Made by a program: the position numbers and the translations under genes. From Chlamydiota bacterium (GTDB lineage: Bacteria > Auribacterota > JACPWU01), in the NCBI GenBank assembly GCA_016178055.1, contig JACOUC010000035.1, positions 77,325 to 141,324 of the forward strand: a DNA stretch of 64,000 bases. Direction: 5' to 3'. Each line of letters starts with the position of its first letter. The stretch's first letter is position 1. This document shows, piece after piece, positions 1-9,338 of this stretch. Below the pieces are notes generated by a model. The model saw only the letters and a list, made by a program, of their open reading frames with translations. It searched no databases and was not told where the DNA came from.

Positions 1-117
1 AACAGTTATTGCCCGCTGTACACCCATTTCATGAAGACTTGCCTTTTCTTCTAAAATACCAGCGACATGACGCAATATTTGAGCCGTCTTAGAAACAACT
101 TTTTGGACTCTTTTCAT
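1..117 (-). CDS. Hypothetical protein, 5' part only (gene runs off the window start). The ATG at 117 overlaps the stop of the upstream gene as ATGA.
   Basis: Minus-strand frame is open from the ATG at 115-117 to position 1 and reads MKRVQKVVSKTAQILRHVAGILEEKASLHEMGVQRAITV. Start/stop overlap suggests translational coupling with 114..2024. Confidence 0.4.
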   Translation of the reverse strand, partial: MKRVQKVVSKTAQILRHVAGILEEKASLHEMGVQRAITV

Positions 118-2024
118 ACGAGCACTTCTTGATAAACCTTTCGAGAAGAGTCTTTAGATTCTAAAAACGCAGAAACCGTTTCTTCATTAAGAGGAGACAG
201 GCATTCTTCTCTCATTCTTTCTGACCATGCATTCAAGCGCTCTTGCTCCTCTTTTGAGAGAGATAATTTCTTGAGCACTTGCTCACGCAATTCCTCTACC
301 GAATATGCAGGTGGATCAAACTCTGAAAACCACTCCAGAGGATTCATATTAAAATCCGTTTCTCGCCCAACGGAAATGACAGGAGTTCCTGTAAGGGCAA
401 CCTCAAGGGCAGACGTCGATGCTGAAACGACCGCACATCTAACTTTATCTAACCATTCCTCCATGATGCCTTCTACAAAGACCATATGCCCGGGCAAAGC
501 AAATTCTCTGGACCAAGAAGTAAGACATTCTTTAGAAGTCATCGGATGTGGTTTAAGATAGAATATGATTCCTTCTTTTGCAGAGAAAGCCCTAACCAAT
601 TTATGAAGCAATTCATAAGACGCAATATCTTCCAAAGATAGGACAACCAACACCTTCCCATTCACATCAGTCCCATTAACCAAACCCCGAAAGAGATGTA
701 AATATCTCAAAGAAGGACCTACCCGAAGTTTATCTTGAGAGAAACCTTCTGACACCATCAGATTTCGTGTAAATAGAGAGTTGCAAACAATCACATCAGG
801 ATAGAACATGGCCCGATCTTCTCCAGATGAGCAAAACAGACAAAGCCAAAGGGGATAAGGTGCAAGATAATGCTGATAACCTACCTGTAACACATGGGGC
901 ATAAATTGGCGGAAAGCCAATGATGCAGGTTTTTCAGAAATCATATTTTCAAATGTATCAATAAATATATCGATCTTAATATCTTGAGCACGTAACTTTT
1001 TTATAAGGCGATAATGGAGAATAAACTGCGCAGAACTTCGATCAAGACATTGCTCCCGACAGGCCTCTCTAAAAAGGGCCCGCGTATCCATTCCATCAAA
1101 TATTTTATCTTTGAGAGGCAATGCCACCTGAGAAATAGCAATTCCCATAGCCCAGAGATAATCGCCAAGGGAATAAAAATCTTCAGGAATAATATATTCA
1201 TTTTTAAATTGCCTAAACCACTGAAACGCATCTTTACGAGATCGTTGAATGTTGGACAAGATCGGCAGATAAGCTACTTCATAACCTTTTTTACAAAGCT
1301 CTGTGGGGAGCATTCGAAAATAACGGTCTCGTTTAGAAAGATCAGACACAAAATGCGTTTCATCAACCCATGAACGAATCAAAACGCGGGGACGATCCGT
1401 GGACTCCTTCGTACGATCATTCACTTGGCGTGTCTTCCTTGCATCCCTTCTTGCCCTCATACCCTCCCATAAATAATCAAACCACGAAAGCCACATTTGA
1501 ATACTCCATTTGAGCCAGACCTTGAACCTACCTTCTCGCTTAATAACATAAACTTTATGAACAGCACTTAAAGACCTTTCGAGAGACTGTAAAACCGCTC
1601 GGCTCTCCACAACCATCAAGAGTGACTCAGTGGCATGATTTCCATAATCCTCTCCCATCTTCACATAACATATCTTATGATAAAGGGAATCTAACGCTGT
1701 ATTCTGCTCGGAAACACGCGAGCTTAAAAAGCGCAAGGTGGGATGAGATATTCTCAAACGACCTATCCAATCGAGAAATGGCCTTCTTAATTTCATTGCA
1801 ATATCTTGGAACACCTTTCCTGAATGAATTCTTTCCAATCCTCTTTGACTGAGCATTTCCTCCCAAAGACACATACGAAAATAATCACGCCCCAGATAAA
1901 GCCATTGAGAAGGTAGGTTCCGTTTTTGAATAGACAACGCCTTGAGCCTTTCCAGAGCACGTTCGAGTTTGAATCGAGCAGGGACGAGAAACACGACAGA
2001 AGATCTTAAAGGAGATGGCATCAA
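114..2024 (-). CDS. Large uncharacterised GT-B-like glycosyltransferase candidate with a K-x-HP motif (KpsC/KpsS/TagF-like?). Paralog of 6278..8416.
   Basis: 636-aa ORF. Its C-terminal 120 aa are about 70% identical to the 712-aa ORF, with shared GRETDFNM.PLEWFSEFDPP.YSVEEL. A conserved KPHPM motif is reminiscent of CMP-ulosonate or CDP-glycerol-dependent HP-motif transferases. Confidence 0.6.
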   Translation of the reverse strand: MMPSPLRSSVVFLVPARFKLERALERLKALSIQKRNLPSQWLYLGRDYFRMCLWEEMLSQRGLERIHSGKVFQDIAMKLRRPFLDWIGRLRISHPTLRFLSSRVSEQNTALDSLYHKICYVKMGEDYGNHATESLLMVVESRAVLQSLERSLSAVHKVYVIKREGRFKVWLKWSIQMWLSWFDYLWEGMRARRDARKTRQVNDRTKESTDRPRVLIRSWVDETHFVSDLSKRDRYFRMLPTELCKKGYEVAYLPILSNIQRSRKDAFQWFRQFKNEYIIPEDFYSLGDYLWAMGIAISQVALPLKDKIFDGMDTRALFREACREQCLDRSSAQFILHYRLIKKLRAQDIKIDIFIDTFENMISEKPASLAFRQFMPHVLQVGYQHYLAPYPLWLCLFCSSGEDRAMFYPDVIVCNSLFTRNLMVSEGFSQDKLRVGPSLRYLHLFRGLVNGTDVNGKVLVVLSLEDIASYELLHKLVRAFSAKEGIIFYLKPHPMTSKECLTSWSREFALPGHMVFVEGIMEEWLDKVRCAVVSASTSALEVALTGTPVISVGRETDFNMNPLEWFSEFDPPAYSVEELREQVLKKLSLSKEEQERLNAWSERMREECLSPLNEETVSAFLESKDSSRKVYQEVLV

Positions 2025-2025
2025 A

Positions 2026-2919
2026 TTATTTTTTCACCCGGCCAGAAACTCGCCATGCCTCAAAACGATGTTCTTGATTAGCAAAACGATCAGAGCCTAA
2101 ACTCCTTCTTGTCCCCATATCCGCATCATAATATTTAAAAAAGAGATCATCGCGATAGGAATGCCGATAGCTCGAGGCTAAGTTTTCAAGTTTCTTCCAA
2201 TGCTTTTCTAAATATTCCTCTGCAGCTCGATAAAAAGGGGTGCCGCGGTTGTCTTCAAATTTAACATCCGATAAACCCATCTTACGCCTCAGCACATTCA
2301 CAATAAACTCGTTCGTATGAATGAAATCGTATTGTGCATCATCAATCGCCACAACACTTCCATCCCCCAAGAGAAAGTCTACTGCGTTTAACTCCTTGAT
2401 AATGGTGTTCCAAACATGATCTCCATCGTGAAAGAAGCAATCGATATGGTCGACCATGCCCTTAAGAATGGGAAGTCCTAACTCGTTAGAAACACTATCG
2501 TAAGGGATCAAATGCCAGGAGGAACTCATCTCCTTATGGAACATCTGACCCAAAGTTTCTACACAAACTCCTCTGATTTGAGATGCCTTTTCAGGGTTCA
2601 AGTCCCATGTATAAACGTGTCCACCATGTTTAAGAGCACTATAGATAAAGACAATCGTACTGGCCCCTACTCCCGTTTCAGCAATCACAAGCTTTCGTCC
2701 CTTGAGTTTCGTTTCTTCCGCTAGCGTTTCTGTAATCTTAAACAAGGCTAAAAATTCGCAGTCAGGGATACCGTTTAACCATTTTGGAAGCAATCGCTTA
2801 ATTGAAATAAGGTATTCTGCCTCATTCTCAATGATTTTTTCCAAAGTCCCCATATAATAGTCATACATAAAACATCTCCTTATTTCTATCTTTGACCCTT
2901 CAACAGTTCTTCGTACCAA
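2026..2919 (-). CDS. Class I SAM-dependent methyltransferase (TylF/Methyltransf_24-like).
   Basis: ETGVGASTIVF glycine-rich SAM-binding motif. The probable start is at the MGTLEK Met. The 1-nt gap to the downstream gene indicates an operon. Confidence 0.7.
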   Translation of the reverse strand: MVRRTVEGSKIEIRRCFMYDYYMGTLEKIIENEAEYLISIKRLLPKWLNGIPDCEFLALFKITETLAEETKLKGRKLVIAETGVGASTIVFIYSALKHGGHVYTWDLNPEKASQIRGVCVETLGQMFHKEMSSSWHLIPYDSVSNELGLPILKGMVDHIDCFFHDGDHVWNTIIKELNAVDFLLGDGSVVAIDDAQYDFIHTNEFIVNVLRRKMGLSDVKFEDNRGTPFYRAAEEYLEKHWKKLENLASSYRHSYRDDLFFKYYDADMGTRRSLGSDRFANQEHRFEAWRVSGRVKK

Positions 2920-3725
2920 TGACGGGCCGTGTCAAATCCATCCCGTAATATGGCACAGTCGACACGATATGAAATGAATCGAAACCCCGACTCAAAAAGA
3001 AATTGCAAATAATTCTTATCCCAAGCAATTGAGCCGGCAACCCTTCTATGGGCCTCAATGAGCTTGACACATTCTTTCACAAGCTTCAGAACTTTAGGAT
3101 GAGTTAACTCTCCAGGGATACCTACCGCCTGAGAGATATCATAGAGCCCAAGATAAATGAGATCCAGACCCGGCACTTGTGCAATCTCCTCGAGATTCCT
3201 AATTCCCTCTTCTCCCTCGACAAGAATTCCTACAAACAACTGATCATTCGCATACCGAAGCTTTGGAGCTAACTCAATATCCGAATAGCCATGGTTACGC
3301 GTAAAGGGGGATAGCCCTCGATTACCCTCTGGAAAATATTTAGTTGCCTGAACAATCCTCAAAGCTTCTTGAGCAGTGGACACGTGGGAGACTAAAAGTG
3401 CCTTTACCCCAATCTCCAACGCATGAAGAATGGTCAATTCATTTCCTTCTCCAAGGCGGATAATCGGTGTACATCCCGAGGATTCAGTCGCATAGATTTG
3501 ACTCTCCGCAGTCTCAAAGGACATGGGACCATGCTCCATGTCGATAATCACAAAGTCTAGACCTGCATGGCCAATCGCATTCATGACAGATGGCGAGGCG
3601 AGCATAGACCAGGTTCCAAAGACCCGTCCCCCAGCTTTAAGCTTGGTCTTAATTTTGTTTTCTGTCACGATCGCCTGCCAACATTTCTTGTCTTCGACCG
3701 GCATAAGAAGGATAAAACTCATCAC
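2886..3725 (-). CDS. HpcH/HpaI-family class II pyruvate aldolase.
   Basis: GGRVFGTWSML...GLDFVIIDMEHGP...GNRGLSP motifs typical of HpcH/HpaI/GarL aldolases. The true start is probably internal, at MPVEDKK. Confidence 0.8.
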   Translation of the reverse strand: MMSFILLMPVEDKKCWQAIVTENKIKTKLKAGGRVFGTWSMLASPSVMNAIGHAGLDFVIIDMEHGPMSFETAESQIYATESSGCTPIIRLGEGNELTILHALEIGVKALLVSHVSTAQEALRIVQATKYFPEGNRGLSPFTRNHGYSDIELAPKLRYANDQLFVGILVEGEEGIRNLEEIAQVPGLDLIYLGLYDISQAVGIPGELTHPKVLKLVKECVKLIEAHRRVAGSIAWDKNYLQFLFESGFRFISYRVDCAILRDGFDTARHWYEELLKGQR

Positions 3726-4473
3726 GCCGCATTGCCCTTTCAGCTTCCTGTCTGTCTGGCTCTGTATCTACGGAAACACTCCGATAAGGGGACTTCGCTG
3801 TTCTGACCTTGATCCCATGCTCAACCGCCCGAAGCAATTCAATGGACTCGGCAATTTCGTAAGGGGTCGCAGACATTTCTTGAAAGTCTAGGAGAAACTT
3901 TTTCCTGAATGGCATGATGGCAACCTGTTTAAGGCGAGGCCCAATTCTATCCCGTATATTCGATGGAATCGAGCTGCGAGACATGAATAAAATATCTTCC
4001 CTCTCGTCCACGACAACCTTCACCTCGTTGGGGTCTAACCACTCCTTCTCATTGGCATCCGCTACCAATGTGAGAATCTGTACCTTGGGGTCGGCGAGGA
4101 GGGGAGCAATGGCTAGATCAATCATCCCTGGATGAATCAGAGGTTCATCCCCTTGAACCACAACCACGATGTCGTCATCAGCTAAATTTTGCTTTCTACA
4201 AGCCTCTGCCACACGCAGCGCAGGTCTAGAAATCTCCTGATGTGTCATGTATACCTTTCCCCCAAATCCTAGAACAGTCTGGCGAATTGCTTCATCACAG
4301 GCAGCGACAAACACATCGTCCACATGTTTCACAAGCAAGCACCGCTTGTAAACATGCTCGATCATGGATATTCCAAGAATTTTCGCCAACGGCTTTCCAG
4401 GAAATCGCGAGGAACCCATCCGAACAGGTATGCCAATCACTACTTTCACAGAGTTCCCATTCTTTTTAGACAT
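3649..4473 (-). CDS. CMP-3-deoxy-2-ulosonate cytidylyltransferase (KdsB/NeuA family).
   Basis: N-terminal IPVRMGSSRFPGKPL and VVVQGDEPL motifs characteristic of CMP-Kdo/CMP-NeuAc synthetases. Confidence 0.85.
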   Translation of the reverse strand: MSKKNGNSVKVVIGIPVRMGSSRFPGKPLAKILGISMIEHVYKRCLLVKHVDDVFVAACDEAIRQTVLGFGGKVYMTHQEISRPALRVAEACRKQNLADDDIVVVVQGDEPLIHPGMIDLAIAPLLADPKVQILTLVADANEKEWLDPNEVKVVVDEREDILFMSRSSIPSNIRDRIGPRLKQVAIMPFRKKFLLDFQEMSATPYEIAESIELLRAVEHGIKVRTAKSPYRSVSVDTEPDRQEAERAMRRDEFYPSYAGRRQEMLAGDRDRKQN

Positions 4474-5410
4474 TCTGCAATTTCCAGTCTTGCCTGACCC
4501 AACTGGCCATCTCTGCTAAACCCTCCTCTAATCTCACCGTGGGTTTCCAACCCAAATCCTCTTGAAGCAAAGATGAATCTCCATAGATTCCAAACTGGTC
4601 GCGACGTGTTGGATCACCTTGTATGATAGGGTAATTCTCTGAATGTCCAAAAACTTGAATGATCTCTTTCAATAAGTCCGATACATAGGTCTTGCGACCC
4701 GTCGAAACATTGTAAACCTTCCCATAAGCTCGCTCATTTCCCACACATCGAACAAAGGCATCCACAATATCTTTGATAAAGACAAAGTCTCGAAAACGCT
4801 CTTTCGAGCCGCGTACCAAGATGGGCTCCCCTCGAGCTACATAAGCCATATAAATGCTCACCATACCTTGCTTTAAATTATCCATATCCTGCATCGGTCC
4901 ATAGACATTAAAAAGACGCAAGCTTGTCGTGTTCACTCCAAAACCCTGATAGATCTGGCAAAGGTATTCGGAGGCAATTTTACCAACCGCATACGGTGAA
5001 GGAGGTCGAACGGGACTAGACTCTGTTACAGGAAGCATTGAAGGATCTCCATACACGTTCATCGAGCTGGCAAAGACAAACTGCTTGACCTGATGCTTCA
5101 AACACCATTGGAGAAGAAGCAATGTAGAAAAGGCATTGGCCTTAAGATCGAAGACAGGGCGCTCAAACGACAGCTCCTGTCCCACATGAGAAGCCAAATG
5201 AAAAACAACATCAACACCCTCTTTTGGAAGCTCTAGAGCTGTGTCCTCATCTGTAAGATCAAGCCACTTGAATACGACTCCGGTAGGAAGATTGCGAATA
5301 TAACCTGAAGATAGATTATCGACCGCTAGAACAGAGTGTCCGTCCTTTAACAAGCGACGACATAAATGAGAACCGATAAAACCTGCGCCCCCTGTGACAA
5401 TCACTCTCAT
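4466..5410 (-). CDS. NAD-dependent epimerase/dehydratase (extended SDR).
   Basis: MRVIVTGGAGFIGSHL Rossmann motif and a YxxxK region. Confidence 0.85.
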   Translation of the reverse strand: MRVIVTGGAGFIGSHLCRRLLKDGHSVLAVDNLSSGYIRNLPTGVVFKWLDLTDEDTALELPKEGVDVVFHLASHVGQELSFERPVFDLKANAFSTLLLLQWCLKHQVKQFVFASSMNVYGDPSMLPVTESSPVRPPSPYAVGKIASEYLCQIYQGFGVNTTSLRLFNVYGPMQDMDNLKQGMVSIYMAYVARGEPILVRGSKERFRDFVFIKDIVDAFVRCVGNERAYGKVYNVSTGRKTYVSDLLKEIIQVFGHSENYPIIQGDPTRRDQFGIYGDSSLLQEDLGWKPTVRLEEGLAEMASWVRQDWKLQNV

Positions 5411-6354
5411 CGTGAATCCTTTCGCCGAGATGGTCCAACCACATACTGGCCTTCAAGAGAATCCTCCATACCCGATCTACCCTTCACAAAAAACTGGTTC
5501 GTCAATTCTCCCAACCCCTCCACACGTGCCGTGTAGATATCCCCATGCTGGACAAAATGCATCCCCACCGTATCGGGCGGATTCCCTGTCAGAATAACAT
5601 CCCAAGGCTCAAGGGTGATCCAAGTCGAGAGCCAGGACACAATCTTAGGCCATTGCCAAACCTGTGCACTCGAACGAGCACGCCGAATGACCTCACCATT
5701 TTGAATCGCTTCAATCAGGCAGTCAGACGGGTCAAAATCTGTATCGATCCAAGGACCGATCGGACAGAATTGATCCGGACATTTTGATCGAGCGAGATGA
5801 TGGTCCCGATGATCCACGTTTTCTACGGTCACATCATTTCCAATGGTAAATCCTAAAATTCCTTCTCTCACCTGATTTTCTAAAATATTCTTGAGCGGTT
5901 TTTTAATCACGACTGCCAGTTCTGCTTCTCCCCACCAGGGAAGAGCTGGAAACGGGTTTATGACCGCTTCACCAGGACCGCACACACTTGTTGAGGATTT
6001 CAAAAAAACAAGAGGTTCGTTCATCATCGACGAATAGCCATCAATCCCTGGAAAATTGATCGCGATGGCTAAAATTTTATTGGGACGACACGGGGCAAGC
6101 AACGAAACCAAATCTAAAGTTCCAACTTTTTCCTTCCTTTCTACTTTGACAAGAGGATCTCCTGAAACCCGATAAACGTCAGAGCCTTCTACACATCCAT
6201 ACTCTGGATGACCCTCATTACTTTTGTATCGAACAAGTCTCAAATTTTTACTGTTAAAAAAACTCTTGGATTTTTTTTCATGCAAGTGCTTCTTGAAAAA
6301 TCTTTTGGGAGGAAGCCTCTTTAGGCTTGACAAATGCAGAGATTGTATCTTCAT
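5407..6354 (-). CDS. Fumarylacetoacetate hydrolase (FAH) family hydratase/isomerase (HpcG/HpaH-like).
   Basis: KILAIAINFPG, EAELAVVI, GFTIGNDVT and GDVILTGNP motifs. The first ~40 codons are probably not translated. A TTG at about 6235 would give MRLVRYKS.... Confidence 0.8.
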   Translation of the reverse strand: MKIQSLHLSSLKRLPPKRFFKKHLHEKKSKSFFNSKNLRLVRYKSNEGHPEYGCVEGSDVYRVSGDPLVKVERKEKVGTLDLVSLLAPCRPNKILAIAINFPGIDGYSSMMNEPLVFLKSSTSVCGPGEAVINPFPALPWWGEAELAVVIKKPLKNILENQVREGILGFTIGNDVTVENVDHRDHHLARSKCPDQFCPIGPWIDTDFDPSDCLIEAIQNGEVIRRARSSAQVWQWPKIVSWLSTWITLEPWDVILTGNPPDTVGMHFVQHGDIYTARVEGLGELTNQFFVKGRSGMEDSLEGQYVVGPSRRKDSR

Positions 6355-8416
6355 TGATGGTCGAAAGGCATTCTTTTTTCATCTCTTCGGCCCAAATCTT
6401 CAAACGTGTCCGTTCCTCTTCTGAGAAAGATAATTTCTTGAGCACTTGCTTACGCAATTCCTCCACTGAATAAACAGGCGGATCAAATTCCGAAAACCAT
6501 TCCAGAGGATCCATATTAAAATCTGTTTCACGCCCCACACGAACACACGGTACTGCAGCCAATGCAATTTCAAGAGAAGCGGTCGTAGAGGCAGCAATAA
6601 CAGCACACGCCGCTCGTGAGAGCCAATCAGAGATTGCCCCTCCTACACAAATCATGTGAGAAGGCAAAGTCTCCATTCCTAGCCCGCATTTCTCATCAGA
6701 TTTCGTCACGAGAGCGTCGAGTCCGCTTTGGATGCGAGGAAGACGACCGAGGCCATGCGAGGCATACTTTGCAGTATGTTGAGTGTGGCCGACCGAGTCT
6801 GCACGGAGAGACGAGGCGGAATCGGCGCTCGCAGTAGAAATGTGATGAGAAATGCGGGCTAACAGAGTGTGGAATCCCTTTTCCGACATCATCGGATGAC
6901 GTTTCACCCAAAATCGAATCCCCTCGTCTCGTGGGAAAGTGCTGACAAGCTTTAACAAAACTTCCAGGGTCGCCATTCTATCCAAAGATAGAACAACCAG
7001 CACGGTATTAGGCTCTGGAGCCTTTTTAGAATCCTTTGAGAAGAAGTGAAGATATCGAAAGGAGGGCCCTACCCGCAATTTACCTGAAGGAAAACCTGCC
7101 TTCTGCATCTGAGCAACCATGAATGGAGAATTACAAACAATCACATCTGGATGAGGAGAAATCGTGAGCTCTTTGGGCGTTGTGTATTTTGACATCATGA
7201 ACGGCTCCATTGCAATATAATGCTCAAACCCTACCGTCATTGTTTTGGGCATCCACTGTCGAAAGGCGATCACTTGAGGCTTTTCATTCAGCATGTTTTC
7301 AAACATATCGATAAAGATATCAATGGAGAAACCTTTCTTAGATAATTTCTTGATCAAACGATAATATAAAATGAACTTTACTCCTCCCTTATGGCAAGCC
7401 TGGTCACGACAAAATTCTCGAACAAGGGAAGAGATATTTAATCCCTCAAAGGAGTGTTTACCCAAGACCAACCAAGCCTGACGGATGACAACAGAGGCAG
7501 CCCAAACGTAATCGAAAATTGAATAAAAATCTTCAGGAATTAAATAGTGTCCTGGGTGGGCATGAAACCATTCGAAGGCACTTCGCAAAGATCTTTGAAT
7601 TTGCGAGAGCCATGGAATGACGAGCACCTCATAGCCGCGCTTCCTTAGGAGCTCCGCAAGCCCTGAAAAATAACGATCTTGAGGAATATTATTGCTAAAA
7701 TAGCTTTCGTCAATACACGTATGGATCACAACACGCTTCTGAAAACTTCCGCTTGATGAAGGGAAGCTCTCTCTCTCGCCTGCGTCACGTGCATCTTGTA
7801 GAACTTTCCGGGCATTTAAAAGAAACCGTATCCATATCCGGACCCAACGATAAAACCAACGGAATCTCGGAAGGTTTCCCTTTAAGGAACGATGAGGGCA
7901 AACACGTTTCCTCAATTCAGGAATATCGGCAAGGGCCCTCAACACAGAATCATGTTCGGCTACGATCAGAATAAGTGAAAAATCACTCTGGGTTTCGTCA
8001 AATGCAATGCGTAGATAGCACATCCGATGGAACAATGAATCAATCATGGTATCACGCTCTGCAATCTTGGAACTCCACCAGACAAAAGAATTATTTTTTT
8101 CTCCCAATTCGGCAATCCATTCCAAATAAGGTTGTTTCCAGCGTCTCGCAAGCCCTTGAAGTTTGGAGGCATAATTCACACGCTCAAAATTTTCACCTAG
8201 CAAGGACTCCCACGCTAGCATCCTCTCGTAATTTCTTCCTAAGTAAATCCACTTCTGTTTCAAGTCCGACGAAGAATGAATGATGCCCAACTTTTCTTTC
8301 AACTTTTTGCGTTGAAAATGGTCTAAATCCTCCGCCAAGAACAAATAAATTTTAGATTGCATAGGCCATGATCTCCCGCACAGGTTTTGCAAGTTCAAGT
8401 CCCGCAATCGCAGCAC
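6278..8416 (-). CDS. GT-B-like glycosyltransferase candidate with HP motif, paralog of 114..2024. It carries an in-frame 182-bp repeat-element insertion.
   Basis: 712-aa ORF. It shares GRETDFNMDPLEWFSEFDPP and the KRHPM motif with the 636-aa paralog. The extra ~61 aa (ARISHHISTASADSASSLRADSVGHTQHTAKYASHGLGRLPRIQSGLDALVTKSDEKCGL) are encoded by the element at 6680..6861. Confidence 0.7.
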   Translation of the reverse strand: MLRLRDLNLQNLCGRSWPMQSKIYLFLAEDLDHFQRKKLKEKLGIIHSSSDLKQKWIYLGRNYERMLAWESLLGENFERVNYASKLQGLARRWKQPYLEWIAELGEKNNSFVWWSSKIAERDTMIDSLFHRMCYLRIAFDETQSDFSLILIVAEHDSVLRALADIPELRKRVCPHRSLKGNLPRFRWFYRWVRIWIRFLLNARKVLQDARDAGERESFPSSSGSFQKRVVIHTCIDESYFSNNIPQDRYFSGLAELLRKRGYEVLVIPWLSQIQRSLRSAFEWFHAHPGHYLIPEDFYSIFDYVWAASVVIRQAWLVLGKHSFEGLNISSLVREFCRDQACHKGGVKFILYYRLIKKLSKKGFSIDIFIDMFENMLNEKPQVIAFRQWMPKTMTVGFEHYIAMEPFMMSKYTTPKELTISPHPDVIVCNSPFMVAQMQKAGFPSGKLRVGPSFRYLHFFSKDSKKAPEPNTVLVVLSLDRMATLEVLLKLVSTFPRDEGIRFWVKRHPMMSEKGFHTLLARISHHISTASADSASSLRADSVGHTQHTAKYASHGLGRLPRIQSGLDALVTKSDEKCGLGMETLPSHMICVGGAISDWLSRAACAVIAASTTASLEIALAAVPCVRVGRETDFNMDPLEWFSEFDPPVYSVEELRKQVLKKLSFSEEERTRLKIWAEEMKKECLSTINEDTISAFVKPKEASSQKIFQEALA
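6680..6861. mobile_element. MITE-like 182-bp element with 19-bp perfect terminal inverted repeats (TAGCCCGCATTTCTCATCA ... TGATGAGAAATGCGGGCTA), inserted in-frame in a coding gene.
   Basis: Terminal inverted repeats read directly at 6680-6698 and 6843-6861. The internal ~125 bp is about 90% identical to 45378..45520. The insert is read through in the host gene's frame. Confidence 0.6.
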
Positions 8417-9338
8417 GCCCCATTGCTAAAATCCCTTCTTCCGTGCTTCCTCCAATATGAGGAGTCGCAATAAAATTGGGTAGCCGTAACAACTCCGTAT
8501 CCGTAGGCGGTTCCATTCTAAAAACATCAAAAGCAGCTCCCGCCAAGCGTTCCTCTTTCAACATCATCTTCAGCGCCTCCTCATCTACAAGTCCTCCCCT
8601 AGAAGTATTGATAAGAATGGCCGTAGATTTCATAAGAGAAAGTCGCTTTTTATCTAGAATATTTTGCGTCGTTTCAGTCAAAGGAAGATGAAGTGAAACG
8701 ACATCGGATTGCGTCAAAAGTTTTTCGAGGGAAACATACTGCACTCCAAATTGATGAATAAGATGTGCATCCTCTCGTAAATCATGGCACAAAATCCGGC
8801 ACTGAAAGGGTTGAAGAAGCTCTATCAAATCCTTTCCCACATAACCACATCCCACAACACCGATGGTACGACCTGTGAGGTATTGTCCTTTCCTCTGCTG
8901 CCATTTTCCAGAACGTACCTCTTGATGAAGAAGAGCAAGATGCCTTAACAGAACTAACGTAAAGCCTAGAACGAGTTCCGAAACAGATCTCCGATTAACG
9001 CCCGGAGTCCATGAAAGTTCGATTTTGTGTCGCGAAAGCGCCTCAAGATCCAGCCTATCTAATCCCACCCCAAACTTCGAGATCACCTTGAGATCTGGCA
9101 AAAAGGAAAGAATCTCTTCTTTCAACACCTCCAGCGCTATAATGGCCTTTACCTGCCCTTTCAAAAAAGACACGAGGGCGTCACCGGAAAGGGAAATTCC
9201 CCCATCATTGAAACGCACATGAGAATACTTCTCAGACAGTTCAGCCCTTAAAATCGGATGTTTTGAAAAAGACCGCGAAGTGACCGCAATCGGTGATGGA
9301 TCTTTCATTGACGCACTCGATGAAAATACTCGGAACAA
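8352..9338 (-). CDS. D-isomer-specific 2-hydroxyacid dehydrogenase (NAD-binding).
   Basis: GVVGCGYVGKDL Rossmann motif, INTSRGGLVDEEAL, the catalytic FDVFRMEPP region and ATPHIGGST. Confidence 0.85.
   Translation of the reverse strand: MFRVFSSSASMKDPSPIAVTSRSFSKHPILRAELSEKYSHVRFNDGGISLSGDALVSFLKGQVKAIIALEVLKEEILSFLPDLKVISKFGVGLDRLDLEALSRHKIELSWTPGVNRRSVSELVLGFTLVLLRHLALLHQEVRSGKWQQRKGQYLTGRTIGVVGCGYVGKDLIELLQPFQCRILCHDLREDAHLIHQFGVQYVSLEKLLTQSDVVSLHLPLTETTQNILDKKRLSLMKSTAILINTSRGGLVDEEALKMMLKEERLAGAAFDVFRMEPPTDTELLRLPNFIATPHIGGSTEEGILAMGRAAIAGLELAKPVREIMAYAI

Noticed and set aside
2886-3725. HpcH-like proteins considered as PEP mutase, which would point to phosphonate biosynthesis with the ThDP decarboxylase-like enzyme.
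   Set aside because: The motifs (GTW...IDMEHGP...GNRG) fit HpcH/HpaI aldolases and not the PEP-mutase/isocitrate-lyase signature. There is no AEP transaminase pattern adjacent.
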